Shown here one piece after another: positions 9,601-18,149 of a stretch of DNA of 64,000 nt (positions are counted from its first letter, which is position 1; the number at the start of each line of letters is the position of its first letter). The position numbers and the translations under genes are program-made. A model generated the notes under the pieces. The model was not told the DNA's origin and made no database searches. It saw nothing but the letters and a program-made list of their open reading frames with translations. The stretch comes from Bacteroidota bacterium (lineage in GTDB: Bacteria > Bacteroidota > Bacteroidia > Bacteroidales > CAIWKO01): contig JBAXND010000007.1 in the NCBI GenBank assembly GCA_037133915.1, forward strand, positions 4,085 through 68,084, read 5' to 3'.

Positions 9601-11398
9601 ATATGTTCATACGCTTCTTGCTGTCGGAAAAGTGCACAACCTCGATTTCAGTCTGCCATTCTTGCAATTAACTTCAGAAGCCAGAAACCTTGCACTCTAT
9701 GGCTGCGACGACGAAATTTTTGAGGTAGAATGGAAATACAAACGTGGCAGTCACGAGGGTACACATAACATGAAAGCCCAATGGCCGGGCTTTTGCGGAC
9801 ACATCAACACCGAATATGAGCGCAAGCATGACGGTCATCGGGGTGATGCAATGATGCATTTGATGACCAAAAAAATCTGTCCGGTATGTGATGGCAATCG
9901 GTTAAAACCCGAATTACTGATTTTCAGGATTGGCTTTGTACATATCGGTCAGCTATGCTCCTGGTCAGCGGATGAGGCAATACCATGGTTCAGGAAAGAT
10001 TTTGCAAATTGCTTCAGCAGCGATGCGGAGCGTGCAACAGCATATGGCTTTATTACTGAAATAGTACCACGACTCGAATCACTGGTTAAAGCAGGACTTG
10101 GGTATATAGGCTTAGGACGATTGGTATCAAGCCTTTCGGGAGGAGAATTCCAACGTTTGAAACTTGCCGCACTCATGCGTTCTTCAATCACAGGAATCAC
10201 GTATGTACTCGACGAGCCATCATTCGGGCTTCACCGTAAGGATATCTTGCGAATGCGTGAGCTGATAGAAAGTTTGAACAGCAATGGAAATAACGTACTG
10301 ATGGTTGAGATGTCGCCGGCACTTTTGGATACAGCACAGCATGTTATTGAACTTGGCCCCTCGGCAGGTAAGGCAGGAGGAACAATTATTTATTCAGGTT
10401 TGCCGGCCGATGTCACAGACCGAATGAACCAAATCATAGAATCGGCCCTGACGCTATCTCGGCAATTGCCTGATGGTTTAACCATTGAAGGCGCCTATGC
10501 CAACAATCTAAAAAATATTAATGTACGGATTCCTTCACGGGGATTAATAGCCATTACCGGTGTAAGCGGCAGCGGCAAGACGAGCCTTCTATCTGAAGTA
10601 ATATATAATAGTTATAATGCAGGCAAAGCCGTAAACTGCTCGTCTGTCAAAGGGTTTGAAAATTTTGACGATTTATTACTAATTGAACAGGACGTTCCTG
10701 TGGGCAGCGCCATGTCGATACCGGCTACATGGTTAGGAATTGCCGATTCTCTGAAAAAAATATTCGGAGCAACTGCTTCCGCAAAAGAAGCGGGGTTCAA
10801 AGAATCGGCGTTCTCATTTCTTTCGCGCGATGGGCAATGCCCCGATTGCAAAGGCAGCGGTAACACGAACGTGAGTCTGGATTTTTGGAGTGACGCACAG
10901 GTAACGTGCGAGACCTGCAAAGGCAAACGATACCGGTCTGAAATCTTGAAAATTAAAATAGAAGACCTCAGCATTGCCGACGTTCTTGAACTTCCGTTTA
11001 CCGAATTAGCTAAGTTTCTGGAAAGAAACATTTCGCCCAAAGCAAGGAGTCAGGTCTCAAAAATTTTAATGATGGCCGAACGCACCGGGATTGGATATCT
11101 GACTGCCGGGCAACCTATGAATACCTTGTCGGCAGGAGAATTGCAGCGGCTCAAACTTGTTGCCGGACTGTCAGGTGCAAAATCGCATAAAATGCTGTAT
11201 TTGCTGGATGAGCCAACCGGCGGACTTCATCCTGAAGATACACTGCATCTTCTTTTACTTTTTGATGAGCTTATTGACCGAGGTGCAAGCATCATTTGTG
11301 TTACCCACGATGAAGTAGTAATGGCGCATGCCGATTACATTATTGAACTTGGTCCTGCCGGAGGTCAGAATGGCGGATACGTGATATCAGCGTCCTGA
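6608..11398 (+). CDS. Tandem-duplicated UvrA-like ABC ATPase (two UvrA units in one 1596-aa chain)
   Basis: Four Walker A sites (three GVSGSGKSS, one GVSGSGKTS). Four signature/Walker B pairs (LSGGEAQRIRL..LLDEPSAGLH; LSGGEAQRVKL..VLDEPTTGLH; LSGGEFQRLKL..VLDEPSFGLH; LSAGELQRLKL..LLDEPTGGLH). UvrA-type zinc modules are present (CPVCKGLG, CPSCYGKRL, CDACNGAG..CEECNGKRF, CPVCDGNRL, CPDCKGSG..CETCKGKRY). An N-rich linker lies near residues 797-817. Confidence 0.85.
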   Translation: MQREIIIEGARENNLKNVNLRIPHYRLIVVTGVSGSGKSSLVHDVISREGQRLFIDHFTGGNYQSEKKLSKPKADSIQGLFPVVSVNQNSVVRNPRSTVGTLTEINDYLRLLFARLGTSATFSAKADRSLFSYNSPKGYCPVCKGLGVEDHIDPELIVDDETKSLREGALVLSTPNGYIIYSQVTLPVLDQVCRAEGFNVDIPWHDLTDEQKNIVWYGSEKIKVLFGKHPLESRLRWTGITAKPRAEEFYKGILPVMEEILRRERNPNIMRFVRSFTCPSCYGKRLNEQALSFRLWGLSIADFSAMSLQQIHQWFSSFSIPVTDKQVADPVVEAIIRRSEGLCELGLGYLTLNRESTGLSGGEAQRIRLGNQVATGLRNVLYLLDEPSAGLHPSDHHKLLGVIRKLVNNGNTAIVVEHDEQTMHAADWIIDIGPGPGEKGGEILYNGPAKDFLNVLIPKSITSQFLKHPHRFEADTTAKNKTFFEIADADKNNLKHINVHFAFNTFNVLTGVSGSGKSSLAGFLIETIIPAKSGGTGDFRKVIHLDQSPIGRTPNSNPATYTGLSDYVRDLLAALPESKQKGFKKGQFSFVVKGGRCDACNGAGTQQLGMHFLGNIEVPCEECNGKRFTEETLDIKYNGKNIFEILELSIDEAHEFFNDQKKIVAITSVLIELGLGYIKLGQRSTTLSGGEAQRVKLASELARPANGNVLYVLDEPTTGLHMADTEVLINALTKLVNKGNTVLAIEHDPNFILRAGWVADLGPGGGDDGGNLIIEGTPQDVIECASSLTGKSLKAYIEGNSDQYNNNKKNIFNTNEAMSLHGVSTNNLKNLDISIPFNSITAVTGVSGSGKSSLVFDTFYAESQRRFMDGLSSYVRQFIGKTGNPVLDSCNGLTPAISVQKKNPLKNPRSTVATYSGLYDLYRLLYSRLGKDLTGNRMELSSAFSFNNEQGACPVCKGLGLLTVCDENKLITDATLPIIAGALDGTITGKFYGDPYGQYVHTLLAVGKVHNLDFSLPFLQLTSEARNLALYGCDDEIFEVEWKYKRGSHEGTHNMKAQWPGFCGHINTEYERKHDGHRGDAMMHLMTKKICPVCDGNRLKPELLIFRIGFVHIGQLCSWSADEAIPWFRKDFANCFSSDAERATAYGFITEIVPRLESLVKAGLGYIGLGRLVSSLSGGEFQRLKLAALMRSSITGITYVLDEPSFGLHRKDILRMRELIESLNSNGNNVLMVEMSPALLDTAQHVIELGPSAGKAGGTIIYSGLPADVTDRMNQIIESALTLSRQLPDGLTIEGAYANNLKNINVRIPSRGLIAITGVSGSGKTSLLSEVIYNSYNAGKAVNCSSVKGFENFDDLLLIEQDVPVGSAMSIPATWLGIADSLKKIFGATASAKEAGFKESAFSFLSRDGQCPDCKGSGNTNVSLDFWSDAQVTCETCKGKRYRSEILKIKIEDLSIADVLELPFTELAKFLERNISPKARSQVSKILMMAERTGIGYLTAGQPMNTLSAGELQRLKLVAGLSGAKSHKMLYLLDEPTGGLHPEDTLHLLLLFDELIDRGASIICVTHDEVVMAHADYIIELGPAGGQNGGYVISAS

Positions 11399-11510
11399 GA
11401 TATTTTAATTCACAAAAATGATATCTCTCAAGTTCAATTCGCCCATTTTTATCATATATTTGTGAGCATGAAGTCGAATTAATATCAATATTCACGTAAA
11501 CTATCTTCCT

Positions 11511-12122
11511 ATGAAAAATGTAAAATTTATGCTGGTTGCAGGATTATGTCTCCTGTTGGGTACGAGTGTAAATGCCCAAAAAGTAAAAGTAGTTTCAGGC
11601 AGCTTTGCCAGTCTGAAAGGTCAAACATCGCTGAATGTTGAATTCAATTACGACGGAATGACCGTTGGAAAGGAAAACGAAGATGCCTACATAAAAAGAA
11701 CCATTGAAGCGAAAAACAAAGCGAAAGCAGGTGATGGCGATGCATGGGTTACAAAATGGAAAGATGATCGCACGAACAGGTATCAACCTGAATTTCTCAA
11801 GTACCTGAATAGCGTTATCGGTAAAAAAGGAATAACCGCAAGCGAAGGTGCTGCAGATGCCAGGTACAAATTGATTGTAAAAACACTGGTTATTGAACCC
11901 GGATTATACACAGGTATAAGCTATGCAGAAAAGCCTACATGGATAAACACAATTATAACACTTGTAGATGATAGCGGCTCTGAACTTGCAAAAGTAACCA
12001 TTGACAAATGCCAGGGCGAAGCGTTTTCGTATGCTAATTATGACATCGGATTGCGTATCAGTATTGCTTATGGAAATACAGGCAGAACTATTGGTAAACT
12101 TATTGCGAAAGCGGTAAAATAA
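11511..12122 (+). CDS. Secreted hypothetical protein
   Basis: Signal peptide MKNVKFMLVAGLCLLLGTSVNAQ. No motif recognised. Followed by a strong terminator. Confidence 0.5.
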   Translation: MKNVKFMLVAGLCLLLGTSVNAQKVKVVSGSFASLKGQTSLNVEFNYDGMTVGKENEDAYIKRTIEAKNKAKAGDGDAWVTKWKDDRTNRYQPEFLKYLNSVIGKKGITASEGAADARYKLIVKTLVIEPGLYTGISYAEKPTWINTIITLVDDSGSELAKVTIDKCQGEAFSYANYDIGLRISIAYGNTGRTIGKLIAKAVK

Positions 12123-12198
12123 AGTCGCATGTTACAACCGGTTTATCGGTTCAACTTTAAAAAGTCAAGAATTCAAGTACTGATTTTAATAAACTAAA

Positions 12199-12230
12199 GA
12201 TGCCTGCTAAATGAAGCAGGCATCTTTTTT
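12199..12230 (+). terminator. Rho-independent terminator
   Basis: gatgcctgct / agcaggcatc is a perfect 10-bp stem with a 6-nt loop followed by tttttt. It lies 77 nt after the stop of the 203-aa gene. Confidence 0.65.
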
Positions 12231-12269
12231 ATCAGCAATAAATTCGTTTCTTTACAAAAAATACACATC

Positions 12270-13829
12270 GTGAACAAAGAATTTCAAATACAGGTTTCAC
12301 CTGAAACTGCAGCAGACGCTGATGCATTAAAAATGCATGTTGCGGAAACAACAGGTATTGATATTGAGGAAATACGGCATATTGAAATCATTAAAAAATC
12401 AATCGACGCCAGACAAAGAACGATTAAGATTAATTTAAAAATCCACGTTTACATTGATGAAGACTTTGAGGAAATAAGCGTAGTGCTTCCCGAATATAAA
12501 GACGTAACAAATGCCCGTGAAATAATTATTGTGGGTGCCGGACCTGCAGGACTCTTTGCGGCGTTGAAGTGTATTGAAAAAGGTCTGAAGCCCATCATTA
12601 TTGAACGTGGAAAAGACGTAAAATCAAGGGTTGCCGATATAAAAGCAATCAACCTCGATGGCTTTGTTAACGAGGATTCTAATTATTGCTTTGGCGAAGG
12701 AGGCGCAGGAACTTTTTCAGACGGCAAGCTGTATACACGGTCAAAAAAGCGTGGTGAAACAAACCGCATACTCGAGCTCTTAGTAGGATTTGGCGCAACA
12801 AAAGAAATTACGGTTGATTCACACCCGCATATTGGAACGAACAAATTGCCGGGTATCATTTCAAATATCCGTGAATGTATTATTGCGCACGGCGGGATTG
12901 TTCACTTCAATTCAAGAGTAACGGATATTATTATCAAAAACAATGAGGTTGCCGGCGTTAAAATTCATAACGGAACGATTGTTAATGCCACAAAACTTAT
13001 ACTGGCAACCGGACATTCGGCACGCGATATGTTCGAATTGCTTCACAGCAAAGGAATCGCAATCATTGCTAAACCATTTGCGCTGGGTGTAAGAGTTGAG
13101 CATCCGCAAAGTATCATTGATAAAATTCAGTATAAGCAAGAAGAAAGAGGACTGTTTCTGCCTCCTTCGTCATATAATATTGTACGGCAAATCAACAACC
13201 GTGGCGTGTATTCTTTTTGCATGTGCCCGGGTGGTGTAATTGCACCATGTGCCACAAAAAATGGCGAAATTGTGACCAATGGCTGGTCGCCATCACGAAG
13301 GGATATGCCTTATGCAAATTCAGGCGTTGTTGTAGAACTGAATCTCGGAGATTTTAAGCAGTTTGAGAGTCAGGGAGCACTTGCTGCTATGGCTTTTCAA
13401 CAGAGCATAGAACAAAAAGCCTGGCACGAGGGAGGCAAAACACAGAAAGCGCCGGCCCAGCGGCTTGTTGATTTTGTCAGTGGCAAGCAATCACTAAACT
13501 TGCGGGAAACGTCCTATAAACCGGGAATTACTTCAGTTGAATTAAAGAGTATCTTCCCTGCCCCCATTCATCAGGCTTTGAAAGAAGGTTTTAAAGAATT
13601 CGAAAAAGCTATGAAAGGTTATCTTACGGAAGAAGCCGTTGTGCTTGCACCCGAATCGCGCACTTCATCGCCGGTGCGTATTCCAAGAGATTCTGAAACA
13701 CTTGAGCATATTTCAATAAAAGGATTATACCCCTGTGGTGAAGGTGCCGGTTATGCCGGAGGCATTGTATCAGCAGCCATCGACGGCGAACGATGCGCAG
13801 ACAAATGTGTGGAAACGCTGATATACTGA
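12270..13829 (+). CDS. NAD(P)/FAD-dependent oxidoreductase (uncharacterised FAD-dependent dehydrogenase family)
   Basis: IIIVGAGPAGLFAAL dinucleotide fold, and C-terminal GLYPCGEGAGYAGGIVSAAIDG. GTG start as in the ORF track. Confidence 0.7.
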   Translation: MNKEFQIQVSPETAADADALKMHVAETTGIDIEEIRHIEIIKKSIDARQRTIKINLKIHVYIDEDFEEISVVLPEYKDVTNAREIIIVGAGPAGLFAALKCIEKGLKPIIIERGKDVKSRVADIKAINLDGFVNEDSNYCFGEGGAGTFSDGKLYTRSKKRGETNRILELLVGFGATKEITVDSHPHIGTNKLPGIISNIRECIIAHGGIVHFNSRVTDIIIKNNEVAGVKIHNGTIVNATKLILATGHSARDMFELLHSKGIAIIAKPFALGVRVEHPQSIIDKIQYKQEERGLFLPPSSYNIVRQINNRGVYSFCMCPGGVIAPCATKNGEIVTNGWSPSRRDMPYANSGVVVELNLGDFKQFESQGALAAMAFQQSIEQKAWHEGGKTQKAPAQRLVDFVSGKQSLNLRETSYKPGITSVELKSIFPAPIHQALKEGFKEFEKAMKGYLTEEAVVLAPESRTSSPVRIPRDSETLEHISIKGLYPCGEGAGYAGGIVSAAIDGERCADKCVETLIY

Positions 13830-13905
13830 TATTAATTATTATAAATATTAAGAAGGTTCTTATTATTTTTGTCAATGCACACACTGATTCTAAACCGGTA
13901 ATAAT

Positions 13906-14325
13906 ATGAAATTTGTAAATGAATTTAAAGACTTCGCCTCAAAAGGCAATATCGTTGATTTGGCAGTCGGTATCGTTATTGGCGGTGCCTTCGGAAAAAT
14001 TGTTTCATCCATCGTAGCCGATATCATCATGCCTCCACTCGGGCTTCTTATCGGAGGTGTGAATTTCACCGACCTGAAGTTCATTATCAAGGCCGGAGCG
14101 GTTGATGCGGCAGGCAAAGCTATTCCAGCAGTAACATTGAATTACGGGAATTTTCTTCAGACATTATTCGATTTTCTGATTATTGCATTTGCCATGTTTC
14201 TGGTGGTAAAAGCTATGATGAAACTTAAAAAGAAACAGGAAACTGCTCCCGCGGCACCAGCAGCACCAACAGCTTCCGAAAAACTGCTCGAAGAAATCCG
14301 CGATACGCTGAAAGAAAAAAAGTAG
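13906..14325 (+). CDS. mscL: Large-conductance mechanosensitive channel MscL
   Basis: [48 protein letters not shown] is the canonical MscL N-terminus/TM1. 139 aa. Confidence 0.9.
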   Translation: MKFVNEFKDFASKGNIVDLAVGIVIGGAFGKIVSSIVADIIMPPLGLLIGGVNFTDLKFIIKAGAVDAAGKAIPAVTLNYGNFLQTLFDFLIIAFAMFLVVKAMMKLKKKQETAPAAPAAPTASEKLLEEIRDTLKEKK

Positions 14326-14336
14326 GTGTGTTATTG

Positions 14337-16688
14337 TTAGAAAGGATAACCGATTCCAAGGTTTCCGATTACGAGCAACCTGTTTGAGTTGTCCCACATC
14401 CAGCGTTGTTTTTCAGGCATGGCGGGGTCTTTGAGAACTACTGCCCCGTCGAGACGTACCACGAAAAAACCAAAATTCAGACGAGCGCCCAAGCCACCAT
14501 CCAGCGCAACTTGCCCAAGAAACTTCTGTACGTTGAACTCCGCATTTTTAAAATTATCACTTTTTTTGCGCAGCCATATATTGCCGGCATCCAGAAAAAT
14601 AGCGCCATTCAAAATTTTATATATTGGGAAACGGTACTCCAGATTGGCTTCTAACCCAATATCTCCGGTGCGGTCAAATTGCAGGAGGGTTGTATCGACC
14701 GATTTGTAGGCGCCCGGTCCCAGCGTTTTCAGGCGCCAACCGCGCATACTGTTGGCACCGCCCATATAAAAACTTTTCTCAAACGGCAGTGTGTTGAATT
14801 TATTGAGCGGAAAACCAATACCCGCAGCAGCCCTGCAAACCAGTGTATTCTTCGCATCGAACATATGATAAAACCTGAAATCAGTATACAGTCTCGCATA
14901 CTGTGAATACGGAATATCACTTACCGAATAACTGCCCGGCTCACCCTTGGCATAACTGTAAGCCCAGAACAAAAGTCCTGCGAGTTCTGCGTCGGTTCTG
15001 AAATAAATAAAATCAGACACCTTGTTTAACTGCTGCGTATTGTAAATATAACTGTATTTCAGTGCAGTTATCAAATGGTCTTTATAACTGTTTTTTAAAA
15101 TACGGTCCTGAAGCGCTTCAATTTTAGCGGAGAAGGTGCTGTCAGGAAAAATCTTCACCATATTCACCTCAAAAGGAGTAAAAATATGCGATTTATAATC
15201 AGATTCATTCCACTCATAGGCAAAACTCCCTTTCACAATGTAACGGGTGTAATCAGGTCGTTTCTGATAATTATACCCTGTGTTGATGGATGTGCGTGGT
15301 CTGAATGATTTTGAAAACCGTTCCTGCGGAATGGGTATCAGAAAACGATTGAACGCTATACCTGTTTCAATGCCATACTCAATGGTGTTAAAGAAAGGAA
15401 GCTTTTTAAGAGCCGGATCTGTTTTGCTGCCGAAATTTAGTTTCTGGATTTCTACAGCTCCATTAACCCGAATTTTAAATACCTCAGCACCTCGCAGCAA
15501 ATTCTTGTTTTCGTAAATCAAACCTGTTGACAGACCAAGTTCTCCACCGGTGTTCGTTGTAACCACATCAACAGAGAACGCCTGAAGCGGCGCCCTGGTA
15601 AGCAAAATGGAACAGTCAATTAATTTGCGCGTTGAATCAGGTACTTCATTAAAAAGAATATTCACATAGCGAAACATCCGGATAGCGCTCAACTGCCTGA
15701 ATGTTCGTTCCACATCATTGACGGCATAATTCCATCCGGCATCAATATACACAGATTGCGTAACGCTTTTTGGTCTGATTTTAAGTTTACCGTGATAGAT
15801 AAAATAATATACTTTGGGTGGTCTGTCTTTACGCCGGTGAGGTATCACCACGCATACAGTATCTGCAGGAAGGGTTTCATTACTGCGAACACTGTAGTTT
15901 GTATTTACATATACTCTGTTTACAAGGTACTGCACGTGCTTTCCGGGAGCGAGCGAATCGGGAAATTCAGCTAACCTGACAACCGGATTAGCGATTGATA
16001 ATGTAAGGTCAAGCTTGTGTGAATTCAACGCACTATCTACCTCAAAACTGATATACTCCTTAGAGAAATAAAAATAGCCTTCATTCAATAATGCGCGTGT
16101 AAGCCGTTCGCGTTCGGCATCTATATCATCGGTATTGTAAATTACATTGGTTTTTATTTTACTGGCACTCAGTCCGCCGGAGACAATTTTATAAATCTCA
16201 GGGTCCGGAATATTGTATTTGACGGTACGAATAAAATATGGTTCGGCAGCATGAATACTGTAATGTACTTTTACCTTTTTTCTCTTTGGCTTATACTCAA
16301 ATTCCCTGCTTACCTGTGAGTTAAAGTATCCATGATTATCGAGGTATTGCCTCATCATTTTTACGCTGTTATCATGCAGTGTCGTGTCCAGTATTACGGG
16401 CGGTTCACCAATGGTATTACGCAGCCACCGTTTGAATTTACTGTCGCGTTTTCCGGGTTTCGCCATATTATAAACCCTGAGATTAAAATACAGCCCGAAG
16501 GTTTTATGATTCGGAACCTGCTTGATAAACCCCGTGAATTCGTCGGGTGACGGTTTATTTTTATCAACGCTCAGGGTGTTTTTCACAAGAAGATACTCAC
16601 CCGATGCAAGTTTTCTGGCAGGATTGCATGAAACCACTCCGAAAGCAGCAAGCAGTAAAAAGGTTATACGGAAGAGGCTTCGCTTCAT
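14337..16688 (-). CDS. Omp85/BamA-TamA-superfamily outer-membrane protein with a lipoprotein signal (TamL-like)
   Basis: N-terminal lipobox LLAAFGVVSC. The C-terminal barrel has GGANSMRGWRLKTLGPG ... LEANLEYRFPI ... FLDAGNIW ... GLGARLNFGFFVVRLDGA and ends in GIGYPF. Confidence 0.7.
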   Translation of the reverse strand: MKRSLFRITFLLLAAFGVVSCNPARKLASGEYLLVKNTLSVDKNKPSPDEFTGFIKQVPNHKTFGLYFNLRVYNMAKPGKRDSKFKRWLRNTIGEPPVILDTTLHDNSVKMMRQYLDNHGYFNSQVSREFEYKPKRKKVKVHYSIHAAEPYFIRTVKYNIPDPEIYKIVSGGLSASKIKTNVIYNTDDIDAERERLTRALLNEGYFYFSKEYISFEVDSALNSHKLDLTLSIANPVVRLAEFPDSLAPGKHVQYLVNRVYVNTNYSVRSNETLPADTVCVVIPHRRKDRPPKVYYFIYHGKLKIRPKSVTQSVYIDAGWNYAVNDVERTFRQLSAIRMFRYVNILFNEVPDSTRKLIDCSILLTRAPLQAFSVDVVTTNTGGELGLSTGLIYENKNLLRGAEVFKIRVNGAVEIQKLNFGSKTDPALKKLPFFNTIEYGIETGIAFNRFLIPIPQERFSKSFRPRTSINTGYNYQKRPDYTRYIVKGSFAYEWNESDYKSHIFTPFEVNMVKIFPDSTFSAKIEALQDRILKNSYKDHLITALKYSYIYNTQQLNKVSDFIYFRTDAELAGLLFWAYSYAKGEPGSYSVSDIPYSQYARLYTDFRFYHMFDAKNTLVCRAAAGIGFPLNKFNTLPFEKSFYMGGANSMRGWRLKTLGPGAYKSVDTTLLQFDRTGDIGLEANLEYRFPIYKILNGAIFLDAGNIWLRKKSDNFKNAEFNVQKFLGQVALDGGLGARLNFGFFVVRLDGAVVLKDPAMPEKQRWMWDNSNRLLVIGNLGIGYPF

Positions 16689-16714
16689 CAGATTGAAAGG
16701 AGTATTACTACAAA

Positions 16715-17953
16715 TTATTCATACCGTAATGCTTCAATCGGGTCGAGGCGCGCGGCTTTCATTGCCGGGTAAATACCCGACACCAATCCTACGCCCATAC
16801 ACAACAATATACCCGAAAATATCCAAAGCCATGGCACAACAAAAGCACTATCGAGCAACAACGACATTAAATTACCGGCCAAAATACCCAGAATAATTCC
16901 TAACAATCCGCCCAACTGCCCTATTACAATCGCCTCCATAAGGAACTGGTTGCGAATGGCCTGACTGGTGGCTCCCATCGCTTTTCGGATTCCAATCTCG
17001 CGGGTGCGCTCGGTTACAGAAACAAGCATGATATTCATCAAACCAATGGCTGCGCCGAGCAATGTAATTAAGCCAATGATGGTTGCCGCCAAAGTAACAT
17101 ATTGTATGTTGCCAAGCAGCATCTGCGCCAGATTATCACTTTTTTCAATTTCAAAATTTGCCGGATTTCCAACAAGAACTTTCCGGATAATGCGCATCAA
17201 TCCGGTTGCCTCACCAATAGCAACATCCATGGATTGGGTATTGTTGACCATTACATTAACAGTAAACGAAAGTTCGGAACCGGAAACATATTGCCGCAAA
17301 TTGGTGAGCGGAATCAAACAATTCTTATCTCCGCTGAACCCCATGCTGCTGCCCTTGGACTTCAAAATGCCAATCACTTTGAATTTATATGGACCAATTG
17401 AAATCGTTTTATCCAGAGGGCTGACGTTGCCCGGAAAAATTTTCTTCTGAATGTCGGTGCCGATAATTGCAGCATATGAACCATCGCGAACTTCTCGGGA
17501 TGAAAAATTACGGCCTTCGGCAATCTCGGTACCGGACGTAAGCAAATAATTTTCATCAATGCCGATTACTGCAATATTCGGATCCGTTTTTTCAGATTCA
17601 TACTTCAGCGTCGCAGTATGCGTGCCATGTGTAAATACTGAAATCACGCTCGGAAATGCAAATTTCTCTTTGAATTCCTGAGCCTCTTTAAATGAAATAT
17701 TCCGGTAATCAATGCGGCTCTGCTCAGGACCACCATGGAAACGCATGGCGTGATTACGAATGCTGAATGTATTCGAACCCAGCCTTGCGAAGTTACTGCT
17801 AATAGATCCTTTAATTGATTCAATAGCAGTGAGTATCCCAACCAGAGCCATGATGCCAAAGGCAATAATCAGCATCGTCAGGATGGCGCGCAACAGCTGA
17901 CTCTTAATAGATATCAGCGAAATTCGAAGATTCTCGGCAATCAGTAACGCCAT
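16715..17953 (-). CDS. ABC transporter permease, MacB/FtsX (LolC/E-like) family
   Basis: An N-terminal TM is followed by a ~230-aa periplasmic domain and an FtsX-type 3-TM bundle containing [19 protein letters not shown]. No ATPase gene is adjacent. Confidence 0.8.
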   Translation of the reverse strand: MALLIAENLRISLISIKSQLLRAILTMLIIAFGIMALVGILTAIESIKGSISSNFARLGSNTFSIRNHAMRFHGGPEQSRIDYRNISFKEAQEFKEKFAFPSVISVFTHGTHTATLKYESEKTDPNIAVIGIDENYLLTSGTEIAEGRNFSSREVRDGSYAAIIGTDIQKKIFPGNVSPLDKTISIGPYKFKVIGILKSKGSSMGFSGDKNCLIPLTNLRQYVSGSELSFTVNVMVNNTQSMDVAIGEATGLMRIIRKVLVGNPANFEIEKSDNLAQMLLGNIQYVTLAATIIGLITLLGAAIGLMNIMLVSVTERTREIGIRKAMGATSQAIRNQFLMEAIVIGQLGGLLGIILGILAGNLMSLLLDSAFVVPWLWIFSGILLCMGVGLVSGIYPAMKAARLDPIEALRYE

Positions 17954-18149
17954 TGATGTTCGGTTTTCTTTCTGCTACAACGCAAAAAGATTGATTCTGT
18001 TATAACCGAACAAAAATAGTAAAAAAGAATGCATATCAGCTTGCTAATACGCAATGGTCAGAAACAAATTTCATAAATTACTTTTTGTAACTTCTTTTCA
18101 TGCTGCTAATGGTGGCATTCTTTGAATTTTACAAAAAAATGATGTAGGT

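Noticed and set aside
13906-16688. mscL and the Omp85-like gene converge with only 11 nt between their stop codons and no terminator hairpin.
   Set aside because: Tight convergent packing is common in compact bacterial genomes, and I see no additional encoded feature in the junction.
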